The position numbers were made by a program, and so were the translations under genes. DNA of 60,373 nt, the filler included. It is 6 parts of 6 records of this genome, joined end to end, with 100 filler letters (N's around TTAATTAATTAA, not from the genome) between each part and the next. Parts side by side here need not be neighbours in the genome. Positions count along the whole stretch, not along the records: positions 35,085 to 53,306 come from SRR20825019_217; positions 53,407 to 60,373 come from SRR20825019_221; 4 more parts are not named here. One strand, written 5' to 3'. How positions within the stretch are numbered: position 1 is the first letter of the stretch; the number at the start of each line of letters is the position of its first letter. Positions 51,110 through 60,373 of this stretch are shown piece after piece. The notes beneath the pieces are model-generated. The model was given only the letters and a program-made list of their open reading frames with translations. It was not told where the DNA came from and ran no database searches.

Positions 51110-52297
51110 ATGGAAAAATTAGTTTTAGCATATAGTGGTGGATTGGATACGTCATATTGTGCCAAATACCTATCACAAGAAGAAGGTTTTGAAGTGCATG
51201 CCGTAAGTGTGAACACAGGCGGTTTCAGCAAAACTGAAATCGAGGAAATCGAGGAAAAAGCGCTTGCCCTTGGCGCAACCAGCTACACCTCTATTGACGC
51301 CGTTGCAACATTTTATGAGAAAGTGGTAAAATATCTCATCTTCGGAAATGTGCTCCGAAACAACACCTATCCCCTTTCCGTAAGCGCAGAACGAATCGTT
51401 CAGGCTATCGAGATTGTGAACCACGCCAAAAAAATTGGCGCCAAATACATCGCCCATGGGAGCACAGGAGCAGGAAACGATCAGGTTAGGTTCGATATGA
51501 TCTTTCAAATCTTAGCTCCGAACATCAAGATCATCACACCAATAAGAGATAAAAAATTGGCCAGGGAGGAAGAAATCAACTACCTACAACAAAACGGTAT
51601 CGATTACTCTTGGGAAAAAGCCAAATATTCCGTAAACCGAGGATTATGGGGCACGTCCGTGGGAGGCGATGAAACCTTGACTTCTCACCTTTCATTACCA
51701 GAAAGTGCGTACCCGAGCCAATTGGAAAAAGAACTATCCAAAGAGTTGAAGTTGACCTTTAAAAATGGTGAATTGGTTGCATTGGACGGCGAGCAGGACA
51801 CTCCTGTGGCCAACATCGAAAAATTGTCCGCCATTGCATCCAAATACGCCATTGGTAGAGATATCCACGTGGGAGACACGATTATCGGAATCAAAGGACG
51901 GGTCGGTTTTGAAGCCGCGGCCCCATTGATCATTATAAAAGCGCACCATTTGTTGGAAAAACACACCTTGAGCAAATGGCAACAATATCAGAAAGAGCAA
52001 ATGGGCAATTTTTATGGCATGCTATTGCACGAAGGTAACTATTTGGACGAGGTGATGCGAAACATCGAAGCCTTTTTGACCGACACCCAGAAACATGTAT
52101 CAGGCGATGTTTTCGTCACGTTGCACCCCTACCGATTCGACTTGAACGGCATCACTTCACAACACGATTTGATGAACGCTTCCTTTGGAAGTTATGGTGA
52201 AATGAACAAAGGTTGGACCGCTGACGATGCCAAGGGCTTTATCAAAATTTTGTCCAACTCAGGAAAAATAGCCAACCACGTAAACCAAGATTCATGA
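51110..52297 (+). CDS. argG: Argininosuccinate synthase
   Basis: LAYSGGLDTS, HGSTGAGNDQVRF, GIKGR.GFEA. Confidence 0.98.
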   Translation: MEKLVLAYSGGLDTSYCAKYLSQEEGFEVHAVSVNTGGFSKTEIEEIEEKALALGATSYTSIDAVATFYEKVVKYLIFGNVLRNNTYPLSVSAERIVQAIEIVNHAKKIGAKYIAHGSTGAGNDQVRFDMIFQILAPNIKIITPIRDKKLAREEEINYLQQNGIDYSWEKAKYSVNRGLWGTSVGGDETLTSHLSLPESAYPSQLEKELSKELKLTFKNGELVALDGEQDTPVANIEKLSAIASKYAIGRDIHVGDTIIGIKGRVGFEAAAPLIIIKAHHLLEKHTLSKWQQYQKEQMGNFYGMLLHEGNYLDEVMRNIEAFLTDTQKHVSGDVFVTLHPYRFDLNGITSQHDLMNASFGSYGEMNKGWTADDAKGFIKILSNSGKIANHVNQDS

Positions 52298-53268
52298 TCA
52301 AAACAGGAATCATAGGAGGTTCGGGTTACACAGGTGGGGAACTGATCAGACTCTTGCTCAATCATCCCCAAACCGAAATTGACTTTGTTTTCAGCACCAC
52401 GAGAGCTGGTAAGCCGATTACCTCCGCCCACCAGGATTTGCTGGGACAAACAGAATTGAAATTTTCAGGGGAGATAAATCCAAAGGTCGATGTGGTCTTT
52501 CTTTGTTTGGGACACGGCAATTCAACATCGTTTTTGAACGAGAACCAGTTTTCTGCATCAACAAAAATCATTGACCTCAGCAATGATTTCAGGTTACAAG
52601 CGGATTCCAATTTTAAGGGGCAACGATTTATTTATGGCCTTCCCGAATTGAACAAGTCTGCCATACAATCCGCGGAGGCCATTGCCAACCCTGGCTGTTT
52701 TGCTACTGCCATTCAATTGGCGTTGTTGCCTTTGGCAAAGGCAGGTTTATTGAGTGATGACGTCCATATCAATGCCGTTACAGGCAGCACTGGGGCTGGC
52801 GTTGGACTGTCCGACACCTCACATTTTAGCTGGAGGAACAACAACGTTTCATGGTACAAACCTTTTACGCACCAGCATTTGGGCGAAATCGGTGAAAGCT
52901 TGAATTCCTTCGGAAATTCCGTGGGCAAATTGATGTTTTTACCGAATCGAGGCAACTTCACCCGTGGAATTTTGGCCACGGCGTACACCAAATACAACGG
53001 CAACTTGGAGGATGCAAAGAAGCTGTACAACGATTTTTACAAAAACGCTGTATTCACCCACATGTCGGATGAAGAACTGCATCTAAAACAAGTAGTGAAC
53101 ACCAACCAGTGCCACATCCATTTGCACAAGCACAATGATATTCTTTTGATTACATCGGCCATTGATAATTTATTGAAAGGGGCATCGGGACAAGCAGTAC
53201 AAAATATGAACCTAATGTTCGGTTTCCCCGAAACCGAAGGTCTGTTGTTGAAAGCAGGCGTATTTTAA
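52294..53268 (+). CDS. argC: N-acetyl-gamma-glutamyl-phosphate reductase
   Basis: GGSGYTGGEL, IDLS.DFR, YGLPE, IANPGCFAT, DNLLKGASGQA. Confidence 0.98.
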   Translation: MIKTGIIGGSGYTGGELIRLLLNHPQTEIDFVFSTTRAGKPITSAHQDLLGQTELKFSGEINPKVDVVFLCLGHGNSTSFLNENQFSASTKIIDLSNDFRLQADSNFKGQRFIYGLPELNKSAIQSAEAIANPGCFATAIQLALLPLAKAGLLSDDVHINAVTGSTGAGVGLSDTSHFSWRNNNVSWYKPFTHQHLGEIGESLNSFGNSVGKLMFLPNRGNFTRGILATAYTKYNGNLEDAKKLYNDFYKNAVFTHMSDEELHLKQVVNTNQCHIHLHKHNDILLITSAIDNLLKGASGQAVQNMNLMFGFPETEGLLLKAGVF

Positions 53269-53275
53269 AATTACG

Positions 53276-53306
53276 AGGTCGAGCTGTCACATCGAGCGGA
53301 GTCGAG
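53276..53306. repeat. Truncated REP-like element at the contig break
   Basis: GAGGTCGAGCTGTCACATCGAGCGGAGTCGAG, same core as at 51003-51015. Confidence 0.55.
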
Positions 53307-53406
53307 NNNNNNNNNNNNNNNNNNNNNNNNNNNNNNNNNNNNNNNNNNNNTTAATTAATTAANNNNNNNNNNNNNNNNNNNNNNNNNNNNNNNNNNNNNN
53401 NNNNNN
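53307..53406. other. Artificial contig linker
   Basis: N-run/TTAATTAATTAA/N-run. Confidence 0.99.
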
Positions 53407-53449
53407 GGGGGGGGGGGGGGGGGGGGGGGGAATGGGTGATGATGACAGA

Positions 53450-53851
53450 GCACGTACCCATCTGGAACCTCCACGCGTCACTGAGGAGCTGATCTTTCTT
53501 GTACTTCCCGCCCCACATGAACATGTTTTTGGAGTCAACCAGCTTAGCAGTCGCGGCCTTGCGGCACACGGGCAAGGGCACGGAGCCTACACCTGTTGTC
53601 AGAAGCATGCACGCGGCAGCGGACAGCACCAGCTTACCGTGGGGGCCATGTTTTGAGTGGGTGAAACTATGGTGCAGAAAGAGGGCGGAGACAGTCAGGC
53701 ACGCCATTATAACAATGCCGATGATTATTCCTCCGGTGAGGTACTTCATGATCATCTCGCAGTGCACCCGGCGCGCAGTCTGCTTATGGGCGGCGGACGC
53801 CTCGAGTAGGAACGTGTCCTGCCCCTCGGAAGGGTTCGGTTCCTTGAGTGT
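53450..53851 (-). CDS. Exon(s) of a second eukaryotic gene: TM segment followed by a Kelch-like repeat; 3' truncated
   Basis: Acceptor-like ...CTGATaatgtatcAG just above 53851; YLTGGIIIGIVIMACLTVSALFL; MFMWGG......LSDAWRF; exon boundaries uncertain. Confidence 0.5.
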
Positions 53852-54495
53852 CTGATACATTATCAGTCCTTCTCGTTCATATAATTATGCGTGGTGACGC
53901 ATATATAGCCGCACACCGACTGGCTCTGGGCCGGCGGGAGGCTCCGAGTGGCCGGCGGGGACGTCTTGGCGGCCGGTCACTGGACGCGATCCCGTCACTG
54001 GCGGGTGGCTTGGGTTGCCTGGCTGGTCAGGATGGTGGCGGTGCATCGTCAGCCGCGCCGACGCTGGGCCTCACCGGTGGCCGGTGATCGGGCGCAGCCG
54101 CCTCTGGCTCGCAAGGCGGGTGGGTGATCGGCCGGCCGGCCGGGCCGACCGGCGGCCGCGGCGGCGCCGGCCGGGCGGCGCCGCGCAGTGCGGCGTTAGT
54201 CCCGTGCACTGCTGGCCCGAGTGCCGCGAGGAACGGGGCCCGAAATAGCCGGCCAAGTCTGGCGCAACAGTTGAAGTGGCGCGGCAGGGGTGAGTGACAC
54301 GGACCAGGCGGAACGTCTGGACACTGATTGGATCTCAGCGAAACTTGAGGATGATGATCAGTTCCGACTAGGAGGTGATCTATTTCGCAAAATTAGTGTG
54401 ACACTACCACACTGATCAAGAATCACTCATTAGTGGATCCGTTTAATGTGCACTGGTTCCAGTCCGTCTACTTATCACATGAAAACCGTCACTCA

Positions 54496-57400
54496 TCACC
54501 GCTGCTGGAAGCGGGAGGCCAGGTTGGCGACGCCAGCGCCGCTGTCGAAGCCTGGAGGGCGGGCACTGACCGGGGGAGGGGGAGGCTGGTTGGGGTACCT
54601 GCAAAGAAAATCAGATATTCATTGCACTTGGGTCGAGGCGGGATCACTCACGCAGCGCTCACAAAGTTAGCGGGCTTGGATGGCACCGGCGGAGGGGCCG
54701 CCGCAGTATTGAATGCCGTTGGTTTGGCTGGCACGGGTGGCGCACTGTGCTGGGGCGGCGGCGGCGGCTGACCATACTGCTGGGGCAAGGGCGGAGGGAC
54801 CTGGCTGGGAAGCGGGGGCGCGGATGGGCCCGAGAGCCCATAATTCGGTGGAGCAGCGTATCCGACCGCATTCCTCGGGGGAGGAGGCGGAGGTTGGGAA
54901 TACTGCGGGGCCGGATTGTACCCGGCACCAGCGTTCGCCGGAGGAGGAGGCTGCGAATACTGCGAAATGGTCGGACCACGGGTGGCCATGGAGTTGAGCA
55001 CCGGGTTGCCGGCCGGGCGAGCCATGTAGGAACTCCGGAGAGCCGAGGGGATCGCGGGTGCTGGCGGGGCGGTTAGCATGATGGTGAATGACAACAGGCT
55101 TGGCTTATTGGCATACCTGTGTCTTCATCAATGAGACGACTGCGGCCCACGTTGGGCTGGCGATTGCCAAAGGTCATGGAGAACCGTTGCTGGCGCTGAG
55201 CCGAGGCCTGCGTGAAGTCGTTATCATTGCGACGAAGGAGCTACACGACAGAGTCAGACGGCATCAAGGGTGGACCAAGGCGAATCTACGAACCTGTCTG
55301 ATCGCGACGGGGCCGGAGACGCCACAGATGAGGACGGCACACACACTACAGCACACAATGGCCACTGCCACCGCAGCCACGGAGCCGATAGCGATCAGTG
55401 CAATCTGCATGGCGGCCCTGGTCAGCGCGGAATGCCTCTATACAAAGTGAGCCTAACCTCGAATCCGGAGAGGTTGCTACTGGTGTTGTCATCGTCCGAG
55501 TCATTCAGCAGACCCTGGCGGTTCACCACAGCATATGTTGTGAAGTGTGACGTCGATCCTACATAGTCTGTGCGCACCAGGGGTAAGTACAGAGATGGGG
55601 TGGGGCACCTAAAAGGGCTTACTGCTGCCGGACACAGTCATGGCCTTGTCTTCACACTTCCATGCGCCGGTGTCGTCAATATAAGCCATACACATGTTGG
55701 ACTTGAGGCCTTCGAGGCAAGGTCAGCCCCCCGAATTTCTCACATCAAGGCTCCCAACTCACTTTCAGGAATCGACGATCCGTCAAACGACAGCTGCACC
55801 GGGCCGGAGAGGGTCTGCTTTCCGCCATTGGAATTCTCAATAGTGACTTCCATGACAGGGCTGAGGACCTTGGGAGAATCCTCGGACACACCTACAAGTT
55901 CAGTCAAGACACGCCCCGCAGGAGGAAGGGGCACGAGACGAGACACTCACCATAATAGCTCTTGGCCGAGGTGGAGCTGATCACAGAGTCCTGCACCGCA
56001 TCTACGGCCACATTCGATTGCGCTGGCACGGACGTGGTGCCCACTATGACCTGCACGTGCCGCAGTCAGAAGCGTTCCTTAGCTAGTCTACACAAGGGCC
56101 TGTCGGGCGATCATGCCAACACATCCCAACACTGAAGCCGATTCTGACACTCCACCGGGGGCCACTTACACTTCCAAGTGTGCCGCCATTGCTATCTTCA
56201 ACGGTAATGGTGGTGGCAGTGTACTCCTTGATGCCAACGGACTTGCGAACGGGTTTCCTGCATACAGATTTGAGCACAACCGGCACACACCGCGCAGAAT
56301 CACACGCACTTCTTCGAAGGCGGGTCAGTACACGAGCCTTCGGTCGCGCAGGTACCGTCCCAGCAGAGTGTCTCGCCGCTCTCACAGTCACCGTTGCACG
56401 AGTTCTGGTTGTCGACGCACCGTCCTGGACAGATATACACGTGTCAATGCTACACATGAACTCCCGCCCGAGCCACCTACCGCTCTCGCACTGAATCTTG
56501 TTAACAGGGCAACCGTCAAAGGTTGGGCAGGAATCATTCGCACCCACGCAGGTGCCATCATCACAACGAGTGCCAGTGCACGCCGATGCGGTTGGGCAAT
56601 TGGCGGATGCGTCGACGCAGGAGCCGTCCTGTGCACCATCAGCTGACCTGGCCACACAACGTTGCCATCAGCGAACTTACCTCGCAGCGCTTGGGGGTGG
56701 TGCCAGAGCAGTCGCTCTTCTGGGAGGGGAACGTGTACTCGAGAGTGGTGTAGCCGATGGCGCCGTCGGTACTAGTGGACTTGATCTGAACGTGATGGAT
56801 CCGTCAGAACACGCCACGCTGCACACTCGCAGACCAGTCACATCACGCACCTGGAAGTAATAAGTCTTTCCCGGTGTGTAGTTCGTTATGTCCCGAGTGA
56901 GAGTCAAGGTAGAGACATCGGTTACAAGGGCAATCGAGTTGGTGGAGAGGGCGCGGTCGTCAGCTTGGGTCAACGTGAACGTAGTCGCGGTGGTCGTGGA
57001 AACCCCCCACGTGAAGACGGCGGAGCTGGAGGTCAGCTTAAGCTCGAGGGACGGCGGCTCATTGTTGTTTGTCTTGTATGTGGCAACGAGTGCATAATCC
57101 TGCAGTAGCATGAGACCGACTCCAACCTTCTCTAGAAATTTTCTTTTTCTTTACCTGATTGGATCCACTGTTTATCGTGGTCGCAGTTACCTGGACAGTG
57201 TACGTTTGGATACTGGCGTTCTCAATGAGGACCTAACCGCTAGTCAGCCCAAGCCCCAAGCCCCAACTCCACTCTGCCCACACCTGTTCATTGTTGTTCA
57301 GTTGGTCCGCAGCCGTCAGATGATTACCACGCACGGTGGTGCCATCCTGAGCACCGCGTCAGCTCCATCTTTGATTCAGAAACAAGCACGCACCGCAGCA

Positions 57401-60266
57401 ACCACCACTAGATCAAGGTCATTCACCAGCGCCTTGCTGGAACTGACGGACGCCGCAGGATCATTCCACACCAGGGTCACCTCCAGCAGACCGACTGAAG
57501 ATGGCCTGATCGTAAACGTCTCCGTCTGGCCCTGTGCGATCGTTTTCTCCGTCTTGCTGTCGGCTGCGGAAACACCAATGTCAGCATTCCATCGAATCAA
57601 AACTAGTCGAAGTCCAAGCACTTACTAAGCGACAGGATCTCCAATGCAAATGGTGAGGATGATGCCAGGGGGATAACCCGGTCCAACTCCATGCGGCCAT
57701 ACCCCTGCTCGTATGAGAAAGGCTTGCCGGAGTTGCTGGTGATGGTGGTCAACCGCTTTGTCGAGTGCAGAAGCATGGCCTTGACCAAAGCCGACGAGGG
57801 TGTGAAGCCATCAGCGGAGGTCTTCCTAGCGGTCGGATACCAACCATCCTGCCATTCCCTTTTCAGTCACGCGACAACTCTGAATAGACCACAGCCACGG
57901 CAACAATACCTTGAAATACTGCTGCACTAGGAGCGCGGTACCGGCGGCGACAGGCGTTGCCATCGAGGTTCCGGACATCCCTGTGAATCCGCACGATTCA
58001 CCCACCACTCTGCATTGACCAACGTCAGAGACACACCCCTCACCCCGCGTGCAGCCGCTCACCCATTGGTGGATGCTGACGTGATACTCCAGCCCGGCGC
58101 CACCAGGTCGGGCTTAATACGATCATCTCCGGACGGGCCCTGGCTAGAAAAGGAGGCCAAAGTTTCCCGGATGCTTTGGGTGGCCCCTGTAGCGCCGACA
58201 ATCTGCGTCATCCTGTCAACAATGGTGCCCTTTCAGGGATTGGAGCATCCGGCTTACTAATGCGTTCTTCGCGTTGTTGCCGCAGCTGCGGTCACCGCAA
58301 CTGCCGTCGTTGCCCGCGGCGAAGAGAATGAGGAAGTCCTTGTTGCTGTAGCTGAACTGGTCTATGTCCTGGTCGCGAGAGCCGTACTGCGTACATGATA
58401 GCCTGAAGCACTCCCTAAAATCTACGTCGGTGGTCGGAAACAAAAAATACGATCGGTCCAACTCACGTGGAACCAGTACAGACCGGGCCCCAGCTGTTAT
58501 TGTGGACGGTGGCCGATTTGGCATAAGCGTAGTTGAAGAAATTGTTAACCAGGTCGCCTGGGGATTGTCAGTCGTGCAATCTCACAAGGTATTGAAGAAA
58601 ATACCTGGCACTGAGAAGCCGCCAGATTTATACAGATCCTGGATGAAGAGCTTCGCGTCATAGGCCATGCCCTTCTCCTTCCAGCTGCTGGAGGTGGTGG
58701 CGCACGATTCACACTTGCCAGCAATCGTGCCAGCGACATGGGTGCCATGGCCATGGTCATCCATTACCTCTGAGGCCGTCGTTGTGGAGGAGGAGCGGAA
58801 CGCAATGCCGACCACCTGCAGCAGGGGGTTACTTCTCCGGACGTGCCCCCAATCGGGATGGTAGGGATATGCTCACCTTCCGGTTGGCCGACGAAAAGGT
58901 TGTGGTTCGGGTGGAGTCCCAGAACATGCAGTGGTCGTAGTCCAGCCCAGTGTCTCCAACACCAGCCACAAGCCCTGGTGAGAAACACCTCGTTGGCCCA
59001 TACCGCCCGTTCTGCATTTGCACTCTTACCGGCTCCAGTGATGCCGTTGTTCCACAAAGGCGTGTAACCAGAGACGTCACCGCCAGATTGGGTGATCCAG
59101 GCAGCGTTCTCATTCTTAAGAGCAACAGGGGCTGTACGGCAGTCAGAAAATTATCGATTGCTCGTCACCACACCACTTGAATCCAACATTGGCCAAATGG
59201 CACGCCCCACCCCGCGCGAGCTAAAGGTCCGACCCCAACAGTTTGGTCCAAGATTGATCCATCTCCACCTACCAGGAACATCAACGAACTCCACCTCGGC
59301 CTTCCCAGCCAGAATATTCATCACAAAATCGACGTGGCTTTTCTTTGCGGTCACGATCACACGGCGGTTCGAAGGCGCGTGGGACGCAACTCCTCCCTCC
59401 ATCCCGGCAGAGCTCATGGCGGATCTAGTTCAACCATTAGAACGTGCACGCTTTCCCCGCCAGTACGCTTACGTAATATCTGAGAGCCAAGATGTTGCAA
59501 GGGTTTCGGCATGGGTACGCTGGCTGGATGGGTCATCGCCGTACACGAGGTTTGCATACACATCCTGCGTAGGTTCCTCCAAGCCGGACACTGGTATCCA
59601 ATAAAAATACAAAAGAGGTGAAAAAAAGGGGGGGAAATTGAATAAAGCATAAAAAAATGATGATGATATCAAAAGCAATGATTGAGGGTTTGAACCTGGT
59701 CAGAGCCGCAATAGTACAAGCAGTGCCATGCGAGCCTACCAGCATCATCGCCTTGTGCTCGCATTTGGTTGACTTCCACCTGGGAGAGAGGAGGCAAAGT
59801 TTCAATGCCGAGGCGCTTAGCAGAGGGGGCGTAGTACACGACCGCCCGGACCTGCACAAACAAAAAACACCGTCCCCGTCAGTATCACTCGGCCCCGCCA
59901 ACAGCACCAGACGGCCCCACCAATTCAGAAGTCCGCACTGCGTCGGCCTTGGAGGGAGTCATGAACACCACGTACGAGCGAGAAGGGACATACGACCCCA
60001 GCTTGATCGCTGCAACGTTGGTTAGTCAGCCAGTACCAAGCATAGCGCCCATCGCAACCACCCACCATGGCGGGTCTCCACGGCACGGCGGCCGTCATCA
60101 TCCACACCCGCACTGAACTGCACCAAGTACGTACGCGCAGTGTCGTCTGCATGCACTAGAGTCAGGTGGAACGGCAGTGCCTCGCGGGCGAAGCAGCTAC
60201 TCACCAGCGGCGTTGGAGAACACGTGCATGCCCGTCTCCAGCTGCTCGGGGCGGAACCGTCCTGCC
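54496..60266 (-). CDS. Multi-exon type I membrane subtilase: prodomain, S8 (KP-43/TagC-like) catalytic domain, jelly-roll, FN3-like, Cys-rich repeats, GPS-like motif, TM, Pro-rich tail; 5' truncated
   Basis: Triad GDTGLD (~58953), HGHGTHVAG (~58745), GTSMATP (~57965); oxyanion AAGNDG; FSSQGP...[25 protein letters not shown]. More than a dozen GT-AG introns of ~45-70 nt, most with CTRAC branch sites, read by hand. Last exon ends [12 protein letters not shown] at 54496. Not every junction was checked. Confidence 0.82.
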
Positions 60267-60373
60267 CTACACCGGCCGGTTAGCACATCACCCTCGAAAC
60301 GAACTGGTGTTTTGTTTTCTTTTTCTTTTTCTTTTTCTTTTTCCAGAGAGAGAAGGGGGGGGGGGGGGGGGTT

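Noticed and set aside
8627-53406. Recurring TTAATTAATTAA palindrome, and apparent eukaryote-bacterium juxtaposition or HGT
   Set aside because: Identical N-padded linkers from contig concatenation; adjacency across them has no biological meaning
53407-53430. Poly-G run (also 60355-60371)
   Set aside because: Located at contig ends; likely an assembly-breaking homopolymer or sequencing artefact
54080-54260. Very GC-rich GGCC-repeat stretch resembling a structured RNA
   Set aside because: No tRNA, rRNA or snRNA signature; better explained as the promoter or 5' region of the downstream minus-strand gene

Overview
The window is six unrelated contigs joined by 100-bp N/TTAATTAATTAA linkers, so gene neighbourhoods only count within a contig. 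(1) 1-8626: eukaryotic, probably kinetoplastid-like. It is one stop-free minus-strand frame of about 2875 codons that the ORF track misses because it is open at both ends. (2) 8727-16904: similar eukaryote with two intronless minus-strand genes, one an M64 metallopeptidase + tetraspanin-like + EF-hand fusion. (3) 17005-27250: Flavobacteriaceae PUL (susC, susD, tandem DUF1080, Tat-exported Gfo/Idh/MocA, kdgF, uxuB, uxuA) with no visible GH or PL. (4) 27351-34984: Alphaproteobacterium, probably Thalassospira-like, with a lipid A/Kdo cluster, an EctR-type MarR and a GGT. (5) 35085-53306: Flavobacteriaceae with a hybrid kinase, an arsenosugar-type operon (TIGR04282-like transferase, PNP, arsM), an active and a dead amidase, GH113 divergent from a redox + GT2 + CslA-like GT2 + GT-C cluster, and an arg operon preceded by an unannotated RRRR leader peptide. 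(6) 53407-60373: intron-rich eukaryote with a multi-exon subtilase + Cys-rich + GPS-like + TM + Pro-rich gene. Best leads: the PNP next to arsM has Asp at the Asn243 specificity position (candidate missing deadenylation step of arsenosugar synthesis), the Arg leader peptide, the putative beta-mannan synthase locus, the CAZyme-free oxidative PUL, and the two eukaryotic protease-receptor fusions. All family calls come from motif recognition by eye; no searches were run.
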